Below, one piece after another: positions 1-10,851 of a stretch of 64,000 nucleotides of DNA. The DNA comes from Phycisphaeraceae bacterium (lineage in GTDB: Bacteria > Planctomycetota > Phycisphaerae > Phycisphaerales > Phycisphaeraceae). Under the pieces are notes generated by a model. That model was not told the origin of the DNA. It made no database searches and saw only the letters and a program-made list of their open reading frames with translations. The position numbers and the translations under genes were made by a program. Positions within the stretch are counted from its first letter, which is position 1, and every line of letters starts with the position of its first letter. The stretch is from positions 5,120,001 through 5,184,000 of the forward strand of contig OY771506.1 in NCBI GenBank assembly GCA_963674705.1, written 5' to 3'.

Positions 1-744
1 GGTGACGATGGCGATGACCTGGCCGGCGTCGTTGAGGATGGGGCCGCCGGAGGAGCCCTTGGCGAAGGGGGCGGTGATCTGGATGCGTTTGACGTCGTGT
101 TGGCCGTGGTTGTGGCCCATGAAGAATCGAGCGACTTCGCCGGCTGAGTAGCAGTAGTATCGGCCGCTGGGGTGGCTGATGGTGTGGACGCGCTGGCCGA
201 CCTTCGCATCGCGCGCGATCGGCAAAGGGGTGTAAGGCTCATCACCGCCGAGCTGGATCAGTGCGACGTCGTCGGCTTTGTTGGCGGCGAGCACTTCGAG
301 CACGGGCACGACTCGGCCGTCACGCGTCCGGGCGATGAGTGTTTTGTTGTTGGCGTTATCGATGACGTGGTAGTTGGTCACGGCGATACCATCGGCAGTC
401 GCGATGAAACCGGTAGCGCTATTGGCGTGGTAATTGTCGCATTTGCCGCAAAGGTAGAGCCCCGCGACAACGATGACGCTGTCGGCGGCCTGTTCGTAGA
501 TGTCGATCCCGTCGTTGGTCAGCGCGGTTTCCGGCGGCGGAGCGATGTCGGCGGATTCGCGTTCGAGTTGAGCGATAAATTCGGCGTTATCGACGGCTGT
601 GCCGTCGTTGATCATCGTGGTGCCGGCCTGCTCTATTGAGACCCGGATATCACGATCGGTGATGTAGTCGGGTTCAGCCGAAACCGCCGAAACCGCAAAC
701 AACGTCAACAAGCATATGGCCAGGGTGTGTTTGAACTTAATCAC
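1..744 (-). CDS. Secreted trypsin-like serine protease (S1/Trypsin_2 family), 3' end outside the window
   Basis: Not in the ORF track because it runs off the edge. Manual translation from GTG at 744 gives a signal peptide (MIKFKHTLAICLLTLFAVSAVSA), then ATGF..AVTNYHV (His), DVALI (Asp) and FAKGSSGGPILN (Ser). Confidence 0.9.
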   Translation of the reverse strand, partial: MIKFKHTLAICLLTLFAVSAVSAEPDYITDRDIRVSIEQAGTTMINDGTAVDNAEFIAQLERESADIAPPPETALTNDGIDIYEQAADSVIVVAGLYLCGKCDNYHANSATGFIATADGIAVTNYHVIDNANNKTLIARTRDGRVVPVLEVLAANKADDVALIQLGGDEPYTPLPIARDAKVGQRVHTISHPSGRYYCYSAGEVARFFMGHNHGQHDVKRIQITAPFAKGSSGGPILNDAGQVIAIVT

Positions 745-816
745 TATGTTTACTTTCAATTTCAGGGAATATCATGACGGTTCACGGTTTGAAGAGAACA
801 CAGCGCGGTGTCAGGT

Positions 817-1038
817 TTATCTGTAGGGTTTTGCGATGAAGTAGACGATTGCACCGATCGGCCCGCCGAGGATGATGACGAGTATCCAGACAGCTTGATT
901 CTCCATCTTATGTGTCGCCGCATGAACCAGTGAGTAAATGAAGAAAACAAGCACACCGATCGCAATTGCGATCGCTATGACAAAAAACACGCAACTGAAC
1001 AGGAGCACAAAGAGTCCGCCCGCATCTTGTCCATTCAT
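817..1038 (-). CDS. Small membrane protein, PLDc N-terminal-like domain
   Basis: Two hydrophobic helices ending WILVIILGGPIGAIVYF, typical of PLDc_N. The ATG at 1038 (MNGQ) greatly reduces overlap with ppk2 compared with the longer ORF-track start. Confidence 0.7.
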   Translation of the reverse strand: MNGQDAGGLFVLLFSCVFFVIAIAIAIGVLVFFIYSLVHAATHKMENQAVWILVIILGGPIGAIVYFIAKPYR

Positions 1039-1104
1039 GTTCTGGATGATACCGTGAGATGTAAGATCTGGATAATTGTCTGGCTTCGGGCAGAAGGGGT
1101 TCGT

Positions 1105-2010
1105 ATGGATATCGCCAAGCACATCAAACAGGCTCGCAAGTTGTCGCGCGATTACCGGGTGACGGATGGCAAGGGATTCAAGCTGTCCAGCGTCGACCCG
1201 GGTGACACGAGCGACATGAGCAAGGAAGATAAGTCCGATGCCAAGCAGGCGCTGGCTGAGGGGACGGCGGTTCTGTCAGAGATGCAACGGATGCTGTACG
1301 CGCAGGATCGGTGGGCGGTGCTGCTGATCTTCCAGGCGATGGACGCGGCGGGCAAGGACAGTTCGATCCGTCACGTGATGTCCGGCGTGAACCCACAGGG
1401 CTGCCAGGTGTTTTCATTCAAGCAACCGAGCAGCGAGGAGATGGATCATGATTTTCTCTGGCGGTGCATGAGGCGATTGCCGGAGCGTGGGCGGATCGGG
1501 ATCTTCAACCGCTCGTACTACGAAGAGACGCTGGTCGTGCGCGTGCATCAAAAGATCCTTGAAGGCCAGAAGCTGCCGGAGAAACTCGTCACGAAGCATA
1601 TCTGGAAGCAGCGGTTTGAAGACATCCGCAACTTCGAGCAATACCTGGCGCGCAACGGCGTGGCGATCTGCAAGTTCTTCCTGCATGTTTCCAAAGAAGA
1701 ACAGCTCGATCGGTTCATGGACCGTTTGAATGAGCCGGAGAAGAACTGGAAGTTCTCGATGGCGGATGTGGAAGAACGCAAGTACTGGGATGATTACCAG
1801 AAGGCGTACCAGGACATGATCCGAAACACATCCGCCAAGCACGCGCCGTGGTACGTGATCCCGGCGGATCACAAGTGGTTCACCCGGCTGGTCGTCGCTT
1901 CGGCAATCATCGACACGCTGGATGGGTTGGACCTTCACTATCCGAACGTGGATGGGCAGAAGAAGCAGGAGATCGAGACGGCTAAGAAGCTCTTGGAAAA
2001 GCAACGTTAG
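1105..2010 (+). CDS. ppk2: Polyphosphate kinase 2 family protein (polyP:nucleotide phosphotransferase)
   Basis: QAMDAAGKD Walker A, GVNPQG, FKQPS..E..HDFLWR, FNRSYYE, NWKFS, PWYVIPADHKW. Likely start ATG 1105 (MDIAKH). Confidence 0.95.
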   Translation: MDIAKHIKQARKLSRDYRVTDGKGFKLSSVDPGDTSDMSKEDKSDAKQALAEGTAVLSEMQRMLYAQDRWAVLLIFQAMDAAGKDSSIRHVMSGVNPQGCQVFSFKQPSSEEMDHDFLWRCMRRLPERGRIGIFNRSYYEETLVVRVHQKILEGQKLPEKLVTKHIWKQRFEDIRNFEQYLARNGVAICKFFLHVSKEEQLDRFMDRLNEPEKNWKFSMADVEERKYWDDYQKAYQDMIRNTSAKHAPWYVIPADHKWFTRLVVASAIIDTLDGLDLHYPNVDGQKKQEIETAKKLLEKQR

Positions 2011-2048
2011 CTAGACAAACAGCCACATGCATTACTGAGAGGTAAACG

Positions 2049-2417
2049 ATGTCATATGACTTGATCTTCTGGAAAGAGGTTACGCCTATAAATGAGCCAC
2101 CCGATCGTGTGTGCGAAATGATCTCTAACGACGAGGCTATTGAAGGGATTGCCGAACTACCGATCGATCAGATCAAGATGCGATTTCTCGAAGTTTTCCC
2201 TGATATCGATGACAACGGTGCGGAGATGTATTGGGAGGGAGAAGAAAGCGGATTCACCTTAACCTGGCCGCCCAATCCAACCAATGCAATCATTGCGCAG
2301 TGCGGATACGGGCTACTTGAATCACCTCAGATCATGAATCAGATTATTGATATCGCTCATGAGTTTGGATGCGGTTTATACGATCCACAAGTTGGAAAGC
2401 GATTTGAACAGTCGTAG
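2049..2417 (+). CDS. Hypothetical acidic protein (MSYDLxFW...LYDPQ type)
   Basis: 122-aa ORF with GAGG RBS upstream. Function not recognised. Confidence 0.75.
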   Translation: MSYDLIFWKEVTPINEPPDRVCEMISNDEAIEGIAELPIDQIKMRFLEVFPDIDDNGAEMYWEGEESGFTLTWPPNPTNAIIAQCGYGLLESPQIMNQIIDIAHEFGCGLYDPQVGKRFEQS

Positions 2418-2437
2418 CAAAGCAGTTGCTTTAGAAG

Positions 2438-2460
2438 AAGCGCTAAGCCGCAAGGGGCTT
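2438..2460 (+). repeat. Dispersed REP-like 23-mer, copy 1
   Basis: AAGCGCTAAGCCGCAAGGGGCTT matches the reverse complement of 43956-43978 at 22/23 nt. Both copies lie at convergent gene ends. Confidence 0.7.
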
Positions 2461-2492
2461 GGGGGGAAGGGTGGCTGGTGAGTGTGGGTGGA

Positions 2493-3776
2493 TTATGTTT
2501 CTACTTTCTGCAGCAGGTATGCTGTCAGAGGCAGGTAGACGACCACGGGGAACCATGCGGCGGCGACGGGGTTCAGCCAGCCTGAGACCATTTCGGGCAT
2601 CGTCATACCCCCGGCCCAACAGCCGATACACATGCCCGCGGCCATGACCGATTTGAGCATCATGTTTGCCGGTGAGCGCAGCAGGAAGTACGGCAAGCCC
2701 ATCGCGAGAATCAGCACGTTGACGATCAACAGGCAGATGCGTCCCCACTTCGTGCGTGTCACGTCCGCTTTCAACGATTCAGGGACCGCTTCGCTATTCT
2801 GCATCTGCTGAAGCTGGCTGACGGGCAACAACCGAACGTAGTCCGCATCCTGACGGGTCTTGATCAGTGTCGGCGAAAGATCGGTCGCGTAGAAGTCGAT
2901 CGGGATACTTTCATTGCCCGGCACATCCAGGCCGATGTCGTCCAGGTGTTTGGTTGAGGGCACGATCTGGTAGGCGTCAAACAAATCCCAGCCGTCTCGA
3001 TCGGGGTCCCATTGTGCTGTCGATGCGGTGATAAACCCGACCTGCATGCCATTTTCGCGCTGGATGATGCGCAACCCTTCGAGTTGCTCGTTCTCGGAGT
3101 CGAATTTGGCGGCTGTGAGCAGGGCCCCCTTCTCATCGGGGATGTATTGGAAAGCGTACTTGTCGACCGAGATGTTTTTGATGTTGGATTTTTTTCGGCC
3201 GAGTTTGCCGGCAAGCTCCGGGACGACGAATTCCTGAACCGGTAGCGCCAGTGTGTTGAGCACGATGCCGGCGAGGATGATCGGCATCGCCACGCGGTAG
3301 AGGCTGATCCCGCTTGAGACCATGGCTGTCATTTCCCGGCTGCGTCCGAGCCCGGAGAGTGTGAACCCCATCGCCGCCACGACGATCAACCCGGAGAAGA
3401 ACGCGTAGATCAATACCAGTAGCGGCCCGTAATAATCACCGACAAGCCAGAAGACACCTATTGTCCGCATGATGAAACCGGGTTCGCTGTCTTTAATCAG
3501 TTGAACAGCATCCTCCGCAGAGATGTGCATTTTCTCTGCGATCAATTCCGGATGCGTATCGCTCTCGACTAAAGCGGTTAATTCAGGAGCGGGCAAGCCC
3601 ATCTCATCCGCCTGACGGGCGACCGTGTAGTGCATCGCCCAGTTGTACCCCCCCTTTAGGAATTCATCCAGATCAACAATCAGGTCCACGACGATAAACA
3701 ACGACATCAGCACCACGTAGAGGATGATGAAGTTGATCACGAATTGCCTGATGATGTATCGGTCTAGTGTTTTCAA
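2493..3776 (-). CDS. lptG: LptF/LptG family LPS export permease (LptG-like)
   Basis: MKTLDRYI start, REMTAMVSSGISLYR motif, 3+3 TM layout, LNPVAAAWFP C-terminal motif; second gene of the pair. Confidence 0.85.
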   Translation of the reverse strand: MKTLDRYIIRQFVINFIILYVVLMSLFIVVDLIVDLDEFLKGGYNWAMHYTVARQADEMGLPAPELTALVESDTHPELIAEKMHISAEDAVQLIKDSEPGFIMRTIGVFWLVGDYYGPLLVLIYAFFSGLIVVAAMGFTLSGLGRSREMTAMVSSGISLYRVAMPIILAGIVLNTLALPVQEFVVPELAGKLGRKKSNIKNISVDKYAFQYIPDEKGALLTAAKFDSENEQLEGLRIIQRENGMQVGFITASTAQWDPDRDGWDLFDAYQIVPSTKHLDDIGLDVPGNESIPIDFYATDLSPTLIKTRQDADYVRLLPVSQLQQMQNSEAVPESLKADVTRTKWGRICLLIVNVLILAMGLPYFLLRSPANMMLKSVMAAGMCIGCWAGGMTMPEMVSGWLNPVAAAWFPVVVYLPLTAYLLQKVET

Positions 3777-3810
3777 AAGTCAGTCGTCATAAATCTGTGT
3801 GTTGTGTAAA

Positions 3811-5454
3811 TCAATTCCTTGCCAGCTTGCGGTATACCGCGAAGGACGCCAAGGCGATAACGATGTTACCCATCCAGAGGACGGACAATCCCACGCTGAT
3901 GCTGGTATCGCGTGAGGTGGCCAGGTTTTGTCCCGTGTAGATGATGATGATCGAAAAGATCGCCAGCATAAAGCTCCAGAAGAACACGACCAGCGGCATC
4001 TGTCCCTTGAGCTTGATCGCCAGGACCGACCCGAAGATCAGCAGCATCAGGCATGTGACGGCGGAGGCGGCGCGTACGTGAAGCTGCGAGACGATCTTCC
4101 TGCCGAGTTTATGGATGTTGTTGCTTAACTCGACCTGAGCGCGTGATACGTTTGGTGAGACCGCCGCCTGTTCGGTGGCGAGGGCCTGAAGTTGTTCGAT
4201 GGACTTATTCAGGATGTCCGGATCGATCACGGGCTCGGGCCAGCGCAGCGGTGGCAGTGAGCCTTCCGGTGCTTCGGTCAGGGATTCGGTGTTCGGGATG
4301 GTGAACACGCGCAGGTCGTGTAGTTCGATCGATGCTGAAGGTTGAAGCCTGCCGTAGCTTGGGGGGTTGATCTTGATGAAGCCGGACTGAGCCTCCATAC
4401 GTCGAAGCGGCGCGTCGGCGGGGTATTCAACCGTGATAGGGAGGTTCTGCCTGGCAAGCAGCCTTATCCCCCCGCCCTGCAACCGCGCGGCCGGGCTGTG
4501 GATCAAGTATTCCTGGTTCTTACCGCTGAGCCTGACACCTTCCCGACCGTGATCGGCCCGTATCTGCTGGAAGATCAGCGACCGCAATTCTGCAATCGCA
4601 TACTCAACGCCCAGTTCGGTCTTGGATTCTTTAACATCGTCGTACCGCTCGGGCTTTCGGTCGAGTTCCCGCAGTTCGGGCCAGGACAGAAACTTCGGGT
4701 CATCCTTAAACGGGGTATCAAGTGGGACGGGCCCGAAAGGTAATCGCTCGACATACTCCAGTTCGCCGGTATCAGGCTGATAGCGCATCGCGTCGAGGAG
4801 CATGATCGTGACACGTGAACCCTCGTCGTCCTGGAAGAGCAGGATGTTGGCGATGCGTGCAGTGCTATCGACACGGACGCGCTGCTGGTTGTCGAACTCG
4901 CCGACGGTCGCGCCTTCCAGGCGGATGTATCGGGTTGCCCCTGTTTCGGGTGGGGCCTCTTCCTGCGTGGCGGAATCCGCGTAGACAACAAAGCCCGGGA
5001 TTTCGGTGAACGGGCGGTTCTGGTCCAGTTGTGTCACCAGCACGCTCATCAGGTCGTTTTCGAGTGTCTGTGCGGCGGATTTGTAGAAGCCGGGCACGAC
5101 GAAGTTGGACAGGTAGAACAAGCCCATCGTCAAGACGAGTCCCAGGGCCGCGACGGGCGCGAGGACCTTGGCATAACTCATGCCGCTGGCTGAGCAGGCG
5201 GTGATCTCGTTATCCGAGGCCATGCGGATAAAAACCAAAGTGCTGGCATAGGCCCCGGCAAAGGGCAGGGCAAACCCGAGCATGGTCGGGGCGGAGTAGC
5301 CGACGAATTTGAGCACAGCACCGGCGCTGAGCAGGCCGTCGGACATGGGCTTGATCGCGGCAGCGAAGCTGATCAAGAAGACCAGCGTCAAGACCACCAT
5401 GGTCATGATCTTGATCAATTCACTGAGGATGTAGCGGTACAGCGTCCAGGGCAT
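3811..5454 (-). CDS. lptF: LptF/LptG family LPS export permease (LptF-like), long periplasmic region
   Basis: TLYRYIL start, RMASDNEITACSASGMS motif. Likely start ATG 5454. Confidence 0.85.
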   Translation of the reverse strand: MPWTLYRYILSELIKIMTMVVLTLVFLISFAAAIKPMSDGLLSAGAVLKFVGYSAPTMLGFALPFAGAYASTLVFIRMASDNEITACSASGMSYAKVLAPVAALGLVLTMGLFYLSNFVVPGFYKSAAQTLENDLMSVLVTQLDQNRPFTEIPGFVVYADSATQEEAPPETGATRYIRLEGATVGEFDNQQRVRVDSTARIANILLFQDDEGSRVTIMLLDAMRYQPDTGELEYVERLPFGPVPLDTPFKDDPKFLSWPELRELDRKPERYDDVKESKTELGVEYAIAELRSLIFQQIRADHGREGVRLSGKNQEYLIHSPAARLQGGGIRLLARQNLPITVEYPADAPLRRMEAQSGFIKINPPSYGRLQPSASIELHDLRVFTIPNTESLTEAPEGSLPPLRWPEPVIDPDILNKSIEQLQALATEQAAVSPNVSRAQVELSNNIHKLGRKIVSQLHVRAASAVTCLMLLIFGSVLAIKLKGQMPLVVFFWSFMLAIFSIIIIYTGQNLATSRDTSISVGLSVLWMGNIVIALASFAVYRKLARN

Positions 5455-5657
5455 GGTCGATAGAGTACCAACCCATCGGACTTGTTGCACCGATGACATG
5501 TGACGGGCGGCGAACGTCGATCATTACCGGCCGCATGTAAGTGTTCGGTAAACAAGACCAAGACGGGTTGTATTCACAGCCCGAAACAGGAAAACGCTTG
5601 CCTGCAACAGCTCAAAAAACAATACGCATATCTTAATAGTAAAGTTCAGGATACTTG

Positions 5658-5686
5658 TTGTGTAAATTTTGATGCACGCCTATGAT
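5658..5686 (+). promoter_or_regulatory. Candidate sigma70-type promoter for the large PEP-CTERM gene array
   Basis: TTGTGT-N17-TATGAT in the divergent intergenic region. Confidence 0.35.
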
Positions 5687-5841
5687 GGCTGATTGCTCGG
5701 TTCATATTCATGGCCCGAGGGCGGAAACCAATACGTACCTACAACCAGGCAAACGTCTATTGCTTGTGATGGTATGCGCGCATCGATCAACGATACGCAA
5801 CCAGAAGGATCATCTCACATAAACACACAGGGAGTGGCTTG

Positions 5842-8800
5842 ATGTCAATATATTCACCAACAAAAATATCCGGTTCACTATTGGCGGCGATGGGCGTGAC
5901 GATCGGCATCACGCCACAGCTATGGGCGCAATCGCTGACCGAGATCGATCAAGAAACGCTTTTCATCAGCCAGACACAAGCAACCGCTGAGCCCGAACTT
6001 GGGACACAGGTCGGGGGTGTGGTCGGCGACCTCACGTTTACCACACCTGCGGGCAGCAGCTTGTCGTTTACTGAATTCACTTCGCTGATCCCGACAACGC
6101 CGGACCTTGCGATCAGTGGTGTCGAGAACCTCAATATCGCGTTGGCCGCCCCGGTCTTCAGCCTCGGGTTCCAGTTCGTCGATCCGACGGACGCGCCTGA
6201 TTCAACCTTCGACATCACGCTCTACTCAGGCGGCGCAGGTGGGACCTTTGTCAACAGCTTCAACTTCGAGTCGCCTAAAGATGTGCTGCACTTCGGTGGA
6301 TTCGTTTCGGATACCGCTTTTGATTATGTCGAGATACGAGAGATCGGTGGCGACTCGGGCAACGAGTACTTTGGCCAGTTCTACACTGGCACGACCGCGG
6401 GTGAGTTCTGGACGGCCGGCACAAGCGGCAACTGGGACACCGGCGCGAACTGGACCGGCAGCACCGCCCCACTTTCTACTGATAACGTCTTCATCACCGA
6501 CAGCGCGACCATGACCATTACCGGCCCCGCTTCGGCGCGAACGGTGAACAGCCTGACCATCGACAACCAGGACCTGACCAACTCTGGCGGTACAGGCACG
6601 ACAACACTGAACCTGTCCACCGGTGCTTTGACCGTTACCAACGGGTTTGTGGTCGGGTCTACAGCCACCGACTCCGGCATATCCATCGTGAATGTCGGTG
6701 CGGGAACACTGAACGTCGGCGGCGACACCACTATCAGAGATGGCGGCACGCTCAATGTCGGCACGGGTACGTTCAATCCTACGGGTGCGGTTAATCTCGA
6801 AGGCGGGACGCTGTCGGTCAACTCAATCGGGTCGCTTACGCCGAACTGGACGAGCGGGACGCTTGAGGTCACCGGCGCGGGCGGGTTGGCTGTTAACCTC
6901 AACGGTTCGCTGGGTGGCAACCCGATCGATATCAGCACGGGCAAGACGCTGAACGTGACTAATCTATTGCAGGTCAACTCAGCGGTGATCTTTGATGTCG
7001 ATGGTGGCAGCGTAAATGCAGGCAACATCACTGCATTCCTCGGCACGTTTAATGCAAACATTGGTCAGGTAAATGTTGACAACACATTCACGAACTTCGG
7101 CACGGTCAATCTTGCTGGCGCGGATGTCACGGTCAATACGTTTGATGCTTCGGCTGTGACACCAAACTTTACCGATGGTTCGTTGACGATTGATGGAGGT
7201 GCTTACATCCCCTTCGCGGGATCACCCGACTTCACACTGGAAAGCGCCACGGGTAACCCAACACTCACGCTGGACAACGGCGCCACATTGGGTGTGACGG
7301 GAACGATTGACGTCGCGCTAAACGCAAATACTGACGCGACACTGAATATCAACAATGGAAGCTCCCTCACGAGCGGTGCTGTGGACATGGGGGGTATTTC
7401 TTTCACCTCCGACGCCATCGCCAACGTGGACGGGGCCGGTTCGAGCTGGGACATCAGCGGGACGCTTGAGATAGGCCACGGCAACACCACCACCCAAGCT
7501 GCGAACACCGGGCGGGATGTGCTCACGGTATCAAATGGCGCAGAACTGAATGTTGACGGTGCGGTGACGCTGTACACCACCGGGCGTATCAACATCGACG
7601 ACGGCGATGTGACGGTGAAGGGCTGGGACCGCTTGGCTGCCAGCCAGTTCGGCTGGTACGGCGGGACACTGACCATTGATACGGGCAACTTCAATTCAGG
7701 CACCAGCAACTTCACACTCGGTCATGCTGATCGCAATGTCTTGAATATGATCAACGGCGCGACACACACTGGGACGAACGTTGACATTACGAATGGTGAA
7801 TGGCATGTGCTGTCCGGGTCCGGCGTCAACCTCACAGGCAGCGCCAGCCTGCAGCTCTATAACAACGGCGCGGGCAGCCCGGCCCTGATGGAGATCGACG
7901 GCGCGGGATCGAGTGTCACGGTCAACGGAATCCTCGATGTCGGCACCACGACCGGTGGTGACGCAACGCTTCACATTACCAACGGCGGCTCTCTGACAAT
8001 CAACAGCAGCGCCTCGATCGCTGAAAGTGACACCACAGTCGGCATCGTCAACGTGGATGGCACGGGCTCGAGCCTGAACGTCAACGCGGGCTTTTTCGTC
8101 GGCAACGAAGGCGCAGCCACGCTCAACATCACCAACGGTGCAAGCGTCAACGTGAATGAACTTACCGTTGCTGACAGCGACACCAACGGTATCAACACCG
8201 GCGTCAGCGTGGTGACCATCAACGGCACGGACGGCGTCACACCGTCGACGTTGAACGTAACCGGTTCCAGTTATATCGGGGGTTCGACCAACGAGAACGG
8301 TGGGGTCGGCGTTTTGAATGTCCAGGCGGGCGCGTTATACGCATCCAACGGCGGCATCATCGGCAGCGGTGATGGTGGTGGCGCTGACGGTACCGGCACC
8401 GTCAACATCACTGGTGCTGATTCGTTCTGGAACTCGGTCGCCAACGGCAACAGCGACATCTACGTCGGCGATGACGGCGCGGGTGCGCTGAATGTCAACA
8501 CCGGCGGGCGTGTTGATGCCGACGCCATGTTCATCGGACGGCTGGCAGGTTCCGAAGCCGCTCAGATGAGTGTTGATGGTAACGACTCGGTGGTGAATGT
8601 GCGTGGCGCTTTTGTGGTTGGCAATCAGCGACCAGGCGCGTTGGAGATAACGAATAACGCAACACTCAATACGAGCACACTCACTAACGCCGAATTCCTT
8701 ATCGGCAACAGCACCGCGTCTGACAATTCGTCCGTCCTGGTGGATAACGCATCTATCGTTCATAACGGCACGGGCCGGGTTGCTGTGGGTGATGACTCCA

Positions 8801-10647
8801 ACGGCGTTGCTTCATCACTGACGATTCAGAACGGCGGCAGCTTCACGGCTTCAAACAGCAACATGCTCGTTGCCGACCAGGCGGGGTCGACCGGCAGCCT
8901 GGTTGTGGATGGTGAAGGATCGACGCTGACCGTCGGCCGAATGCTGATGGGCGACAACGGCTCGGGCACCGCGACGATCAGCAACGGCGGGGACCTTATC
9001 ATCACTGCGCCGGGTTCGCAGATCGGCAACCTGGAGGTTTCTGCTTTCGGTGGCGGTAATGGAACCATGACGGTTACCGATCCGGGGTCCACGGTCAGCG
9101 TCGGCGACTGGCTATCGGTTGGTGATGAAGGCACGGCCAACGGCACACTCAATATTGAAAACGGCGCGACGGTCTCAAGCAACGGTCACTCATATATCGC
9201 ACGCCAGGGTTATCTCACAAGCACCGGTGTGATTACCGTGCAGGACCTGGATACCAACGACGGCTCCTCGGGATCTACATTAAACGTCGGCGCGAATCTT
9301 TACCTGAGTGGCAATGCCAGTGGCGGCGGCGGCGACGCGACGCTCAACGTCAACGCGGGCGGCACCGTGAATGTCACCGGGCAACTCAAACTCTGGGACG
9401 ATGGCAAGGTCAACCTCAACGGCGGCACGATCAATGCTGGCTCGCTCGACTTGTTCGATCCGCTCGAAGCGCCTTTACCGGTGTTCACCTTTAACAGCGG
9501 TACGTTCCGCTTCACCGCGGGCGCGACGCTCAACAGTGAAACGCTGCGTGATCTGCTTGGCGGCGTGGGGACACCGGTTGTCAGTACAGGCCGCAATCTT
9601 GTCGTCACCGATCAGGCGGTGCTAAGCGCCCCGGTTCGGTTGAGCGGCGGGACGCTTAGCGTTGGCTCGGTCTTTAACAACGACACATCCAACCTTGACT
9701 TCGATGCTGGCACATTCAACCTGACCAGCAGCAACCTTGAGGTCACCAGCGGTGGGTTGTTCGGCAGCGTTTTAAGTGTTACGCCCAACCAGGCAATCAA
9801 CATCACCAACCTCGCGCAAGTGAATGCCGACGGCACACTCGTTGTGCAGGGCGGTTTCAGTTCAGGCGGGTTGACCAACCTCGGCACGACCGTCCTGATC
9901 GACACAACAATTGGTGGTCCCGTTAATAACCCAAGCGGCAGCGCCATCGATATCGTCGGCGAGGTGATCTTTACCGGCCTTTATTCGGGTGGCGGCGACA
10001 TCTTCGGATCAGGCACGGCTGACTTTCAAGGCGGCATCAGCCCCGGCGACAGCCCCGCCATCGTTTCGATCGAAGGTTCCATTAATCTCGATGCCGCGAA
10101 CACACTCTTCATCGAACTGGGGGGAACGACGCCGGGTGAATATGACCGGCTCGAACTCGGTGGCTTTGCATCTATTGATGGCACGCTTGATGTCGCACTT
10201 ATCAACGGTTTTGTCCCCTCAGTCGGCGACAGCTTCGGCTTCCTCTTTGCTAATGGCGGATTCGGCGGCAGCTTTGCGACGCTCAGCCTGCCTGATCTTT
10301 CAAGTATGGGACTCGATTGGCAACTCAATCCCGGCGGGTCGACGGTCTTCCTTGAAGTCGTTGCAGCGCTGCAAGGTGACTTGAATGGCGACGGCTTCGT
10401 CGGGCTGGATGATCTTGACATCGTGCTGGGCAACTGGAATCAGAGTGTCCCGCCGGCCAATCCACTTGCCGATCCATCGGGCGATGGTTTTGTCGGACTG
10501 GATGACCTGGACATTGTGCTGACTAACTGGAACAACGGTACGCCGCCGAGCGGCGTTGCTGTAACCGTTGTCCCAGAACCAGCCGGCCTGGTGGTGATCA
10601 GTGCGTTATCCATGCTCTGTCTAGCAAAATACCGGTCTCGCAGGTAA
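5842..10647 (+). CDS. Large PEP-CTERM surface protein with T5SS/PEP-CTERM-associated-like beta repeats and paired dockerin-like module
   Basis: About 1600 aa, signal peptide, many Gly/Thr/Asn-rich VGxxGxGxLxIxNGGxV repeats, GDLNGDGFVGLDDLD twice, VPEP plus TM plus basic tail (KYRSRR). Confidence 0.9.
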   Translation: MSIYSPTKISGSLLAAMGVTIGITPQLWAQSLTEIDQETLFISQTQATAEPELGTQVGGVVGDLTFTTPAGSSLSFTEFTSLIPTTPDLAISGVENLNIALAAPVFSLGFQFVDPTDAPDSTFDITLYSGGAGGTFVNSFNFESPKDVLHFGGFVSDTAFDYVEIREIGGDSGNEYFGQFYTGTTAGEFWTAGTSGNWDTGANWTGSTAPLSTDNVFITDSATMTITGPASARTVNSLTIDNQDLTNSGGTGTTTLNLSTGALTVTNGFVVGSTATDSGISIVNVGAGTLNVGGDTTIRDGGTLNVGTGTFNPTGAVNLEGGTLSVNSIGSLTPNWTSGTLEVTGAGGLAVNLNGSLGGNPIDISTGKTLNVTNLLQVNSAVIFDVDGGSVNAGNITAFLGTFNANIGQVNVDNTFTNFGTVNLAGADVTVNTFDASAVTPNFTDGSLTIDGGAYIPFAGSPDFTLESATGNPTLTLDNGATLGVTGTIDVALNANTDATLNINNGSSLTSGAVDMGGISFTSDAIANVDGAGSSWDISGTLEIGHGNTTTQAANTGRDVLTVSNGAELNVDGAVTLYTTGRINIDDGDVTVKGWDRLAASQFGWYGGTLTIDTGNFNSGTSNFTLGHADRNVLNMINGATHTGTNVDITNGEWHVLSGSGVNLTGSASLQLYNNGAGSPALMEIDGAGSSVTVNGILDVGTTTGGDATLHITNGGSLTINSSASIAESDTTVGIVNVDGTGSSLNVNAGFFVGNEGAATLNITNGASVNVNELTVADSDTNGINTGVSVVTINGTDGVTPSTLNVTGSSYIGGSTNENGGVGVLNVQAGALYASNGGIIGSGDGGGADGTGTVNITGADSFWNSVANGNSDIYVGDDGAGALNVNTGGRVDADAMFIGRLAGSEAAQMSVDGNDSVVNVRGAFVVGNQRPGALEITNNATLNTSTLTNAEFLIGNSTASDNSSVLVDNASIVHNGTGRVAVGDDSNGVASSLTIQNGGSFTASNSNMLVADQAGSTGSLVVDGEGSTLTVGRMLMGDNGSGTATISNGGDLIITAPGSQIGNLEVSAFGGGNGTMTVTDPGSTVSVGDWLSVGDEGTANGTLNIENGATVSSNGHSYIARQGYLTSTGVITVQDLDTNDGSSGSTLNVGANLYLSGNASGGGGDATLNVNAGGTVNVTGQLKLWDDGKVNLNGGTINAGSLDLFDPLEAPLPVFTFNSGTFRFTAGATLNSETLRDLLGGVGTPVVSTGRNLVVTDQAVLSAPVRLSGGTLSVGSVFNNDTSNLDFDAGTFNLTSSNLEVTSGGLFGSVLSVTPNQAINITNLAQVNADGTLVVQGGFSSGGLTNLGTTVLIDTTIGGPVNNPSGSAIDIVGEVIFTGLYSGGGDIFGSGTADFQGGISPGDSPAIVSIEGSINLDAANTLFIELGGTTPGEYDRLELGGFASIDGTLDVALINGFVPSVGDSFGFLFANGGFGGSFATLSLPDLSSMGLDWQLNPGGSTVFLEVVAALQGDLNGDGFVGLDDLDIVLGNWNQSVPPANPLADPSGDGFVGLDDLDIVLTNWNNGTPPSGVAVTVVPEPAGLVVISALSMLCLAKYRSRR

Positions 10648-10851
10648 CCCACATTCGGTTCAATATGCGATAAACGCCGGGGCCCGCAGGCATTTGCTGG
10701 GCGGCGAGGATGTTTCTATGGACTGGTCCTGGGTCGAGAGTTATAATTAGTCCTTGTTGGCGGGCGGGTTAACTATTCGCACTTTGTTTGGTTTTTCAGG
10801 GTTTCACTTCAATAAGACAGTCTGGTGTGTCCGTAAACGGAGATACATCAA

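Noticed and set aside
172..639. 155-aa plus-strand ORF
   Set aside because: Antisense shadow of the minus-strand serine protease, which has all catalytic motifs.
5700..5820. Possible c-di-GMP-I riboswitch before the surface protein array
   Set aside because: GGCAAAC and ACGCAA are present but the paired stems and GAAA tetraloop could not be built.
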